Shown piece by piece: positions 48,801 through 59,678 of a stretch of DNA of 64,000 nt. A program made the position numbers and the translations under genes. The notes beneath the pieces are model-generated. The model was not told the DNA's origin and did no database searches. It saw only the letters and a list, made by a program, of their open reading frames with translations. The number at the start of each line of letters is the position of its first letter. Position 1 is the stretch's first letter. Location: NCBI GenBank assembly GCA_964016885.1, contig OZ024740.1, positions 19,034,001 through 19,098,000 on the forward strand, in the 5' to 3' direction. Source of the stretch: Eledone cirrhosa. Taxonomy: Eukaryota.

Positions 48801-49794
48801 CATTTACTGCTGAAATGGAAAACACAGAAAAAGCAAAGCAGGTAAAAGTAACTGCAAAGAAAGAACTGCTACAGAAACTGGCTAAGAAATGGCAAGAAAA
48901 GCCTCCGTATGGAAAATACCCAGAGCGAGCTAACAATCCTGATGTTGACAAAACTTTAACCCATCAGTGGTTGGCATCCTCTGAACTGAAATCGGAGACT
49001 GAAGGACTGATTATATCGGCACAAGATCAGTGTCTGCCAACAAAAAATTACCAAGCCAACATAATAAAAAATGGGTGCAGCCCATTATGCCGTGTATGCA
49101 AAAAACAACCAGAGACCATTGACCATATAATTTCAATGTGCAGTCCTCTAGCTCCAACCGAATACCTAAACAGGCATGACAGAGCTGCACAATACATACA
49201 TTGGATAATGTGTAAGCATTTTGACCTGCCCCATCAAAAGAATTGGTGGGAGCTTCAACCACCTCCCATACTTGAAAAAGATCACATCTCAATCTTGTGG
49301 AACTTTAGCATCCAAACAGACCGAAAAATAGATGCAAACAGACCTGATATAATATTGAAAGACTTTCAAAAGAGGGTATGCCTGCTAATTGATATGTCTG
49401 TTCCAATAGACAAGAATGTATAAAAACATTTGAAAAATTGAGCAAGTATAAGGACCTGGAGATAGAAATTGGAAAAATGTGGAAATTGAGAACTAAAACA
49501 ATACCAGTGGTTGTAGGCGCTCTGGGAATGATACCTAAGGGGTCTAATGATTACATATCGCAAATCCCAGGAAACCCGCGTATAGGAGAAATACAAAAGA
49601 TAGTACTAATGGGAACTGCCCATATACTAAGGAAGATTCTGTCAATATAAGTACATCACAAGTCTAAACACTAAAGATGCATGTGTGAATATGTATGTTC
49701 TTTCTTGAACATGGCGGACCTTGTTGTCTCTTGAGGTCACTGGTTGTGACTTGGTGATAACTCGTATGAACATAAAGCAAGATAAATGCAACTG
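45865..49794 (+). mobile_element. Second R4/Dong-like family, full length but disrupted
   Basis: Broken ORF 46026-49650 with FQGDSLSP, YMDDLKL, CRVC...ETIDHIISMC and NRPDIIL. Followed by (TAA)n. Confidence 0.9.
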
Positions 49795-49818
49795 TAATAA
49801 TAATAATAATAATAATAA

Positions 49819-49866
49819 TTGTTTCTACTTTAGGCACAAGGCCAGCAATTACCCAGTACATTACAC
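49819..49866 (-). mobile_element. SINE 3' fragment inside (TAA)n
   Basis: Reverse complement reads tgctggccttgtgcctaaagtagaaacaattattatt. Confidence 0.75.
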
Positions 49867-49869
49867 CCT

Positions 49870-49949
<80 letters not shown>

Positions 49950-49950
<1 letters not shown>

Positions 49951-50716
49951 TGAGAAGAGGAGACCTCAAAAAGGCTACAGAAGGAATGATAATGGCTGCG
50001 CAGGAGCAGGCCCTCAAAACGAAGTGGTTGAAGCACCATATTTACAAGGAGGAGGCTAGCCCACTGTGCAGGATCTGTGGAGAGAGAGAGGAGACTGTGG
50101 CTCACATTGTGTCCGAGTGTAAACACCTAGCCCAGACCCACTATAAGGGCTGGAGACACGATGTGATGGGCAGGGTGATCCACTGGCACCTGTGCAAAGT
50201 AAACAATTTACCACATTCTGAGAAATGGTATGAGCATAGGCCGGAGGCGGTGATGGAGAACAATCAGGTGAAGGTGCTGTGGGATTTTAGGATACAGACA
50301 GACAAAAAACTGGAACACAATAGACCTGACCTGGTGGTTGTGGACAAAGAAAAAAGATCGTGTCTGATTGTGGATGTGGCCTGCCCGTTCGACACGAGAG
50401 TGCAAGAGAAGGAGAGGGAGAAAATTAACCGATACCAGGACCTAAAGTGGGAGATGAAAAGGATTTGGAACTGCCATGAAGTCAAAGTGATCCCGATTGT
50501 CATAGGCGCACTGGGGACTATCTCCAAAAGTTTCCAGGGATGGTTAAAGAAAATCGGCCCCTTCACGCTTTTTGGAACGCTTCAAAAGGCATGCTTGCTT
50601 GGAACAGCAAGAACCCTCCCATACGTCCTGAATATCTGAGGCTGCAGGTAGTGGCTTGATATTCATTCCAACGGACTTTCCAGTTAACCAACATCAATGA
50701 CTGAGATTCAAGGAAT
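49950..50716 (+). mobile_element. 5'-truncated copy of the first R4/Dong family
   Basis: Highly similar to 44170-44926, with CRIC...H...C and RPD motifs intact. (TAA)n on both sides. Confidence 0.9.
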
Positions 50717-50722
50717 AACAAC

Positions 50723-50756
<34 letters not shown>

Positions 50757-51439
50757 TATGCACATATCTGTATAGATGTGTGCGTGAATATGAAACATGA
50801 AAGCTGATCTTATCTAAACTATAATAAAGTAAGGAGTGCGGCTCAGCGTCCAGAATATATTTTTCTATCCCGTTAGTAAAATAAGTTGGATTACTTTGAA
50901 TAAATAATGAATGAATGTTATATAATTTATCTACTAAATTTCGTTATTCTTGATTAAATATAATTAATTTTGTTGCTTATTTTAAGATTCACTTCTTTAA
51001 AATTTTCAAATGTCAACACTTCCGGTTAGCGATAGCTTAAATAAACATTCATATATTTCCGTCACTAATTTTCTCCTAATGCAGTTTATATATATCGTCT
51101 TTTTTAATGTATCATGGATTACATTACTGATTACAGAAGACAGTGTAACGCAGTCTTCGTTCAATTTCTGTATATATTGTCAATTACGATTTTATTTGAT
51201 GTATCATATCTACATGCGTATAATATCAATATGCACACTACACAGGCTAGCAGAAAACCACCCGAAGGGTGGTTTTTCTGCTAGTAGCCGTAATTATTGG
51301 CCTTTCCCAATATAAAACTTAGTCTTCATCCCACCTTTCCCAACATAAACCATTAATCTGTAAGGATTTGTTGATTCCTGTCCACCTGAAATTCTATATT
51401 CATGTATTTATCTTTACAACGTTTCATCTTTAATTTCAG

Positions 51440-51645
51440 CGAGGTTTTCAATTTTCTGAAATCTTGAAAGAGAGAGAAGAACAGATAAAATTGAAGAATT
51501 TGATGAACGAGAAAGCAAAACAACGCGAGGATATGCAACACCAGAAACTGTTGAAAGAAAACGAAGAGATAAAACTTATGGAAGAGAAGAAGAAAGAAAA
51601 CATAAAGAAGGCTGTGATGGAACAAGTCGAAGAACTTAAAGCAAA
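51440..51645 (+). CDS. CFAP210: Third visible coding exon (206 bp) of the CFAP210-like gene
   Basis: Acceptor ctttaatttcAG ends at 51439, donor GTaag starts at 51646. Phase-0 start [19 protein letters not shown] fits the recalled 'HSGLLLS.V.KERD.QI' continuation. E/K-rich coiled coil. Confidence 0.8.
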
Positions 51646-51689
51646 GTAAGATATATGCAACATCTATACATGATATAAAAGAGAGATGC

Positions 51690-52825
51690 TGGTTGGCTAG
51701 TTGGCTGGTTGGTTGGCTGGCTGGTTGGCTGGTTGGATGGCTGGTTGGATGGTTGCTTGTGTGGTTGGCTGGTTGGTTGCTTGGTTGGGTGCTTGGTTCG
51801 TTGATTGGTTGGTTGGCTGGTTGGTTGGATGGTTGGTTGGATGTTTGGCTGGTTGGTTTGGTTGGTTGGCTGGTTGGCTGGTTGGTTTGTTGGTTGGTTG
51901 GTTGGCTGGCTGGTTGGTTGGCTGGTTGGTTGGTTGGTTGGTTGGCTGGTTGGATGGCTGGTTGGTTGGTTGGCGGTTGGATGGTTGGTTGGTTGGTTGG
52001 TTGGTTGGCTGGGTGGATGGTTGGATGGTTGGTTTGTTGGCGGTTGGTTAGTTGGCTGGTTGGTTGGTTGGTTGGCTGGTTGGTTGGTTGGTTGGTTGGC
52101 TGGTTGGTTGGTTGGCTGGTTGGTTGGCTGGTTGGTTGGATGGTTGGATGGTTGGTTGGTTGGTTGGTTGGTTGGTTGGCTGGTTGGTTGGATGGTTGGT
52201 TGGATGGTTGATTGGTTGGCTGGTTGGTTGGATGGTTGGCTGGTTGGTGGTTTGTTAGTTGGCTGGTTGGTTGGCTGGTTGGTTGGATGGTTGGTTGGTT
52301 GGCGGTTGGTTAGTTGGCTGGTTGGCCGGTTGCTTGGATGGTTGGCGGTTGGATAGTTAGCTGATTGGCTGGTTGGCTGGTTGGTTGGCTGGGTTGTTGG
52401 CTGGTTGGTTGGCTGGTTGGTTGGTTGGTTGGCTGGTTGGTTGGTTGGTTGGCTGGTTGGTTGGCTGGTTGGCTGGCTGGTTGGTTGGTTGGCTGGGTGG
52501 TTAGCTGGATGGTTGGATGGTTGGTTGGTTGGTTGGCTGGTTGGTTGGCTGGTTGGATGGCTGGTTGGTTGGTTGGCTGGTTGGCTGGTTGGTTGGCTGG
52601 GATGTTGGCTGGTTGGTTGGCTGGTTGGTTGGTTGGTTGGCTGGTAGGTTGGTTGGTTGGCTGGTTGGCTGGTTGGTTGGCTGGTTGGTTGGCTGGTTGG
52701 CTGGCTGGTTGGTTGGATGGTTAGCTATTTGGTTAATTAGTTTGTTGGTTGGCGGGTTGGTTGGTTTGTTGGTTGTTTGGTTGGTTGTTTGGTTGGTTTG
52801 TTGGCTTGTTGGTTGGTTGCTTGGT
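51690..52825. repeat. About 1.1 kb (GGTT)n/(GGCT)n microsatellite
   Basis: Directly visible. Confidence 0.97.
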
Positions 52826-54105
52826 CGTAAGTAGGGAGGTAGCCCTAGGGCCAAGGACATCAGAAGTCTCCACTGCGAAGGGCACGACCATGAACTTGTC
52901 GAAGAGCGACCGGTACTTGGAGAGTTTGGCCTCCTTAGCCCGACGTGCAGCAGTACCTGGGTTAGTCGCAGACTGCACCAGGTTGCGGCTGGAGAAAATG
53001 TCGCTGCAAGTGGCTTCCCAGCCGAGGGGTTTGCCACCGCGCAACGGAAAGATGGTCATACCGTCTGGCCTTTTGTCTTCCCCTCGGTCCAGCCCCACCG
53101 GCTCGATCTGGGAAAGTAAGCCTTCTGCATCCAAGCCATGCTTAATGACCTCGTTGAGGGCAGCATGGCGTTGAAGGCGGTCGAAACTGTAGTGACAGTA
53201 AAGCGGGTGAAGGAGGCCGAAATAGTTCAAGGTGGATCCACAGCGACATTGGTGTGGCTCGCAGATCCGGAGGCCAAGCCTCAAAGAAACTCCGATGCAC
53301 AGGCTATTGTTATCCAGCTGCGTGCTAGTGGAGAAGGAGGGCAAGGCATGGAGTCAGGCACCACTGTGGGATTTGGAGGCCGCGCGAAAACAGGCAAGGT
53401 GGTTCTGGTCGAGGTGGTGCATGAGCCTGTCTGAGGCCAGGCTGCACTGGATGGCATCCCAAATGCTTTGGGAGGATTTGAGGGCAGTAGGGGGAGAAGG
53501 AGGAGGGACGTCTACTGGGCTAAGTCCCAGCCAATCCCACGTCTCACAGGCGGCCTAACGTTCCTCAATCACAGAGGGTTCCATTGTTTTGGAGAACCCT
53601 GCTGATGAGGACGCGGCATGAGTTTACCGACGAAAGAAACGCCGGCAAAGCCAGCTAGATTGGGGACCAGAGGCCAAGGCCGCCATACCTGACAGGTAAA
53701 GTGGCCTGTTGCCATCCAATGTCGTCAAACCTGACGTTGCATATCTCCTCAGCTGTTGTTCAGATACAAGTATCGAGGTCAGCGAAGAGAGATGCGTGGC
53801 TGTAGCACGGAACGCTGTGAAGGGTATAGAGGAGCTTCGGCATGGCGAAGCAATCTTCAATAGGAAGAGTGTTGGGTGGCCGTCAGTCAAGCCTAGTCGG
53901 CTCGTGAGGGTCTTGAGTTGCTGGAGCCTGGACCTGATGGTGGAGCAGATGGCCGGAGGGTGGATCGGTGACCCGAGGATGAGGACATCCTGTTTGGTGG
54001 TCACCTGTACCTGGTGGAGAATGAACCGCAAGGTCGAGACGGAGGCTGCAAGGCTCTCAGCATTCTGGCTGACATTCACCACCTCCGACTTGGACACAGC
54101 AATGG
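52826..54105 (-). mobile_element. CRE-clade-like non-LTR retrotransposon fragment (late RT to RLE)
   Basis: ILGSPI...LFLLK and SLRLGL...CRCG...H...C...RHAALN...EPVGL...KRPDG...PFAVET..LGP motifs; frameshifted. Confidence 0.75.
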
Positions 54106-54309
54106 AATAAGGGTATATCCAGGAAGGTTTATTAATACTCATTTTATAACATCAAAGAAGAAAAAAAACATCCCGGGTATGCTAACCAGCCTGACTGCTA
54201 TTTCTAGCAGGTTGGGAATTAACCATAAGGGATTCTCTCCGCGCATTCGTAGTCAGTGACGATCGTGTTTCGCGGCCAGCGTCTCCGATTCGAACGCTGG
54301 TTTATAGAC

Positions 54310-54481
<172 letters not shown>

Positions 54482-54615
54482 TTATACTGTAAACCCGACA
54501 ACACATCCAATTCAGACGTTTTCTCTTCTACCAGTCTTCTCTGTTTACCCGGGCGAAGCTGGGTACCTCAGCTAGTACTTAGATTAATTATCTCAAGGAT
54601 ATTATAAAGTCAACA

Positions 54616-54802
54616 GGCGATGGATTGGCAGTATCGGTAGAGTGTTAGACACCATGCTTTGGAGCATAGAGTTATGATGTCTTTATGTTCTGAGTTCAAA
54701 TCCCGCTGAGGTTAACTTTGCCTTTCATCCTTATGGTGTCGATAAAATAAAGTACCAGTAATGCACTGGGTAATTGCTGGCCTTGTACCAAAAGTAGAAA
54801 CA
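54616..54802 (+). mobile_element. Complete tRNA-derived SINE with a perfect 15-bp target-site duplication
   Basis: A-box-like TGGCAGTATCGG and B-box GTTCAAATCC. attataaagtcaaca occurs at 54601-54615 and 54803-54817. Confidence 0.92.
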
Positions 54803-54829
54803 ATTATAAAGTCAACATTAAAAGGCATT

Positions 54830-55045
54830 TAGTAAGTATTCAATGAAATCCCGGAAAAAGCTATCAAATTTTCATGTGAAGTATATATAAATGTGTGACG
54901 TCCGAACATGTAACCTCCATCTCCAAATAAATTTACCCTCCACCTCTGAGTCCTGGCCGACAGGATGGAGAATGTATTGCCCCAGAGGACGGCGAGAGAG
55001 ACGCATTGGAACAACCAATCCACCTCGCAGCGATCGCATGGTAAC
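54830..55045 (-). mobile_element. Extreme 3' end of a CRE-like element
   Basis: DRCEVDWLFQCVSLAVLWGNTFSIL resembles the RLE C-terminal 'QR.S.A.QRGN' motif. Confidence 0.6.
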
Positions 55046-55049
55046 CAAT

Positions 55050-58000
55050 GTTATGTTCTATAAAATGTTCATTAAATCTCACACAGTCAGCTTAAATGGA
55101 TTTTGAATCAACACCCCACCGGAAATTAGGGCCGTAGCCCTAAAGAAAACTATTCTATAAAACTATTTCTATGGAATCGAGAAAACCAATTTCTCTTCCC
55201 CGGCGTATAGTGGAGGCTATACCAGACATTGCCCACCTTTAGATGTGGCAAAAACACCCACATAAAAGCCTTCTGCCCAATTTTAAACACACCACCAAAA
55301 CAAAATAATGTGTTGCTACCAACACCCAAACCCCAACAGCGACACCCGAAAACAAAGAACACAAAAAAAAACAGAACAAAAACCATCAACAGCCACGCCA
55401 CCATCAGAAACCAAAAGGACAACTCACCAAATATCCCCCTGAAGACTCTCTCTTCCCCCTTCCCCCCTCTGTCTAACACTCCACCATACAACATAACCCC
55501 TCAATCATACCCCTGATAACACCTCAGACGCGGTAACCTCCTCATCTCCAAGCGAACATGAAGAGAACCGCAAAAACACAAAAACACCAACCACCAAAAC
55601 AAACACACGGCCACCACCAAAAACGTCAACTACACCAACAACACCAACACCACCACTACAACCACCACAACCAAATATCATACCAACAAAACAAACACCA
55701 ACACCACCACAAACACATATGCCCACCACCTGAAACTACAGAACAGAAACATCACACTGAAAAAGTCAAAACAAACTACACATATATTAAAACTACAAAC
55801 AAAAGCCTAATGGAGGCCATCATGAAAGACCACACCATCCAGACAGAAGGAAAAACCTTCACCAGCACAAACATAGCACTACACCTGAAACTGATACGAG
55901 ATCCAACAGAAACTTAGTTTTCTTAAAGAAAGCTTTCCCTATGATGTTGGAACCCCGTACCAAAAGCCCCTCGACCGTGTACTTTTGAAATGTTTCCCCA
56001 CCCCACCAAACACCCCCACCACCAACATGGAGATCGGACAGCCTGACCTCCAGGAAACTAAAAGATAAGTGTTCCTTTTTCTCTTCCTAACTCTTCTTCA
56101 CCAACATGGTGACTGTGCGAGTTGGATGTTTAAATATGCGTGGTCTGGGGATGTCCTGGAAACAGGGTCAACTTTCAAATGACCTCAGGTCACACCGTAT
56201 AGATGGGATAGCCGTCAGCATGTCCAGGATTCACGACAAGCAGCAGCTAACCCTTATTTTCGATTACTTTGAGACCTATGCATCTCTCTGTCAGCCAGAA
56301 GGTGGAGGGGGAGATTCTGGATCTCGAAATACGGACAATCTACTTGGACCCAGAGGGCAAGTCCTAGACGTGAATGGTGGTGAAAGTGGAGCCTTCAGAC
56401 TGGTGGCCGTCTATGCCCCGACTCGAACATCGCAGCCGGAGTTCTTTAAGCGTCTAGAGACTTTCCTGGGATCGTATTGCACTTTACAGTTAGATGGGGA
56501 CTGGAATGGTATCTTGGACGTACGTTGGGACTATGTAGGAACATGCAATAGTAGAGAGGGGTGTAACACCCTCAGAAATCTCATCAGCCAATTCCAACTG
56601 GCTGATAGATATCGACTAGATTTCCCAAGTGCACCACTGTGGACATGGAGAAACCGCACTGGGTCTTCTAGATCGTATTTAGATATATTTCTAATTAGAA
56701 AAAATGATAGGGAAACATTAAGCGGTCCACAAATGCACATGGTTGCCTATTCAGACCACAAATTAGTGATCTGCATAGTCAACCTTGATAGAATACATAA
56801 ACAGGGACCCGGATACTGGGAGCTACACATGTCGTTTCCGAGGTGTAAAGCTTACAGTAAACGGATTAGCAGTTTAGTTAAACGTCAGTTGACGGGCTCC
56901 ATCGTCAACAAGTGTTGGTGCTCTCTCAAGAGAGCAATTAGAGTAGAATCAATATACCTTTAGCAAGGAAGTAACTTTAGAAAAAAACAAAACAGAGAAG
57001 GGATTGGTAGCCAAAGTAGAAGAGGCACTTAAGAATGGTAGTACAGCTGATGTGCTAGCAGCGAAAACGGAACAAGACCAGTTCTGCAATGTGAAACACG
57101 AAGGTTATATTGTCAGTAGAACATGTGCTCGAAGAAACGAGGGAGCCAAAGCTGTTAGCTGAGCCCGATGGGGTAGAAGCGAAAAGTGGCAACAAATCCA
57201 TAATTCGGTTTTTGAAAAAACCAGGACGGACGCATGCTACTTGAATCCAAGCAGATGTGCACGGCCTTCCAGCAGCACTTTGCACAATTGTTCGGGCAGA
57301 GCAGAGTGTCGGACGAGGTGACGGACTTCAGTTCCTACTTCGACGGCCTACCGCGACTCTCGAACACGGATGCGGAGAACTGCGAAAGGCCGATCACAGC
57401 CGCTGAAATAGAGGACGCCCTAGGCCACTGTAGGAAGCGCAAATCACCCGGTCTAGATGGTCTGCCCTATGAGTTTTACATAGGCATGTCTGACTTGTTC
57501 TCTGACGTCCTCGAAGCGGTCTACAGAAACTGGCAGCAGAACAGGAGAATTCCCAGTTCTGTAAGCCGAGGCGTAGTAACGCTGATCAGGAAAGATGAGA
57601 AGAAAGGGAACCACATAAGCAATTTCAGGTCCATAACTCTGCTCAACACAGAGTTGAAGATTTTGGCCAAGGTGTTAGCAACGAGGCTGGCGCTTGTCGT
57701 CGAGAGCCTAGTGGGTGAAGTACATCTGCAATCCCGATCAGATCCTAACACGACAACCTCCACCTCCATCATAGAGAGCGTATGATATAAACCTGGCTTC
57801 GGTGGGGCTCTGATCAATTTAGGGTCGTCCATCAATACTTGGAAGCGGTTCTCAAGGTGGTCGGTTTCGGACCCGCCTTAGAGGGTGGATCGCTGCTATG
57901 CACAGAAACATCTCCTCGGCAGTCAAGGTGAACGGCTACCTATCGGAACCATTACAAATCACGCGTTCCATCCGCCAGGAGTACCCTCTCTCCTCCATTC

Positions 58001-59290
58001 TGTATGTACTGAGTCTCGAGCCACTACTGCGGAAGTTGGAGCTTTTGCAGGGCTGCGGAAGTTGGAACCAGGGCTGCAAAAAGCAGCATCAGCCTATGCC
58101 AACAACGTGACCGTAGTGGTGTCGAAAACCTCGGAAATAGGGGTGATCGGCAACCTTTTACAGGAATACGAAACGCTCGCAGGAGCAAAACCAGACAAGT
58201 CTCTCGGTTTGCAACTCAGCACGTGGAGAGGCAAACCGATGCCATCCAACAGGATCGTTGGGCGCTGGACGGAAGGACCAGTGAAATTGCTCGGTGTCTG
58301 TTTCGGTCCAGACCTCCAGGTAGAGAAAAGCTGGAACGAGGTCACGGCCAAGGTATTTGCGCTCACCCAGAAGTGGGCTGAGTGCAAACTTTCCTTAAAA
58401 GCTCGAGCAGAGGTGGAGAACACTTACATAGCGTCCGTCATCTACTACCAGCCTTGTCCCCGTGATCACCTCGCTAAAATGGAACGTCTACTCTTCATGT
58501 TCCTTTAGAAGAAACAGGCTCCATTGGTGAGGAGATCCATCTTTTGCCAACACTCTTCTAACGGAGGACTGGGCATGCCGTGGCTGATGATGCGCAAACA
58601 CGCACTGTGGCTACGCCATCTCCAGGTATTCCTGACCGGTGAACCGGTGCGGTCATCGTTTGTGAGACAAGCTTTTCCGCAACTAGTCTCGCTAACGGAG
58701 CTGCAGTACTGAGTCAAGCGAAGATCGAAAATGTGCGCCTGGCACCTTGAGTGTGCTCAGGCGCTCACAGCCCTCTACCAAGCGGAAACGGCAATCAGCG
58801 CAGACTCCAAGTCAACATTCTATTGGGGATTAGTGGAAGATAAGTGCGACGATGTTCTCGGAGAGACTCTGGCCATCGAAGAGGACGAATTGGTCAGTCT
58901 TTTCGGAAGGACTTTCCGTCCAGGACCTATGGCTGTGCTACCGAGGAGCTCTACCAGTTCGAAACAAAATCTACAGGTACGGACGCCCTGGCAGGGATCC
59001 TGCCAAAAGTACCTGTCCAAGATGCGAACAGGACATTGAAACCGTTCTGTCCAGGGGTGACCGACCTGTGGAATTATGTAGGCTGAAGAAGACAAACAGA
59101 GGGAAGTATCCACGGGATGTAAAATAACCCCGCAGTAACGTTCCCCCTCTATTGGGGATTTCCATTGTTTTATTTTGTATATATTTTATTGTTGTCCATT
59201 ATTATTGTTAAAGATTTTATGTAAAAACCCCGCCGTCACGTCTTGTAATGTCCCATTTTTGTACGCTCCTGTGGCAAATACAGAAATATA
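55050..59290 (+). mobile_element. Heavily decayed Tx1-clade LINE (copy h)
   Basis: ORF1 remnants ending at 56068, APE from 56106, degenerate RT (YANN), and a deletion at about 59080 into the 3' UTR. Confidence 0.88.
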
Positions 59291-59314
59291 TCTATCTAAA
59301 TATTTATCTATCTG

Positions 59315-59678
59315 TAGGAAGGTGAGAGTGGAGAGAGAGGTGCTACACCCCAGTAAATTCGCTGAAAGGTGGGTGAATGTGGCGAAAATGGCCCGAGTGA
59401 ATGGGCCTTCTCTGTATATAAACCTGTAGGTTGAGGAAGATAAACAGAGGGAAGACGGGAACACCTACAAAACGTGTTCCTGGTGTTGAGGGTTGTTCTA
59501 TCCACGGGATGTAAAACAACCCTACAGTAACGTTCCCCCCTATTAGGGATTTAAATTGTTATTTTATTATATATAGTTTATTGTTATTTATTAAAGTTAA
59601 AGTTATATGATTTTTATGTAAAACCCCCGCCGTCACGTCTTGTAATGTCCCATTTTTGTACGCCCCTGTGGCAAATGA
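59315..59678 (+). mobile_element. Short Tx1 3' fragment (copy m)
   Basis: RKVRVEREVLHPSKF...YINL* plus 3' UTR, following atctatct. Confidence 0.85.

Noticed and set aside
51247-51284. Rho-independent terminator
   Set aside because: The context is a eukaryotic intron; kept only as a hairpin observation.
51693-52834. WLVG-repeat ORFs, and a possible telomere-like array
   Set aside because: They are translations of (GGTT)n. The unit is a tetranucleotide, not TTAGGG.
54240-54305. Hammerhead ribozyme on the - strand (stem, GAAAC-acgatc-GTC)
   Set aside because: There is no correctly placed CUGANGA core and no stem I.
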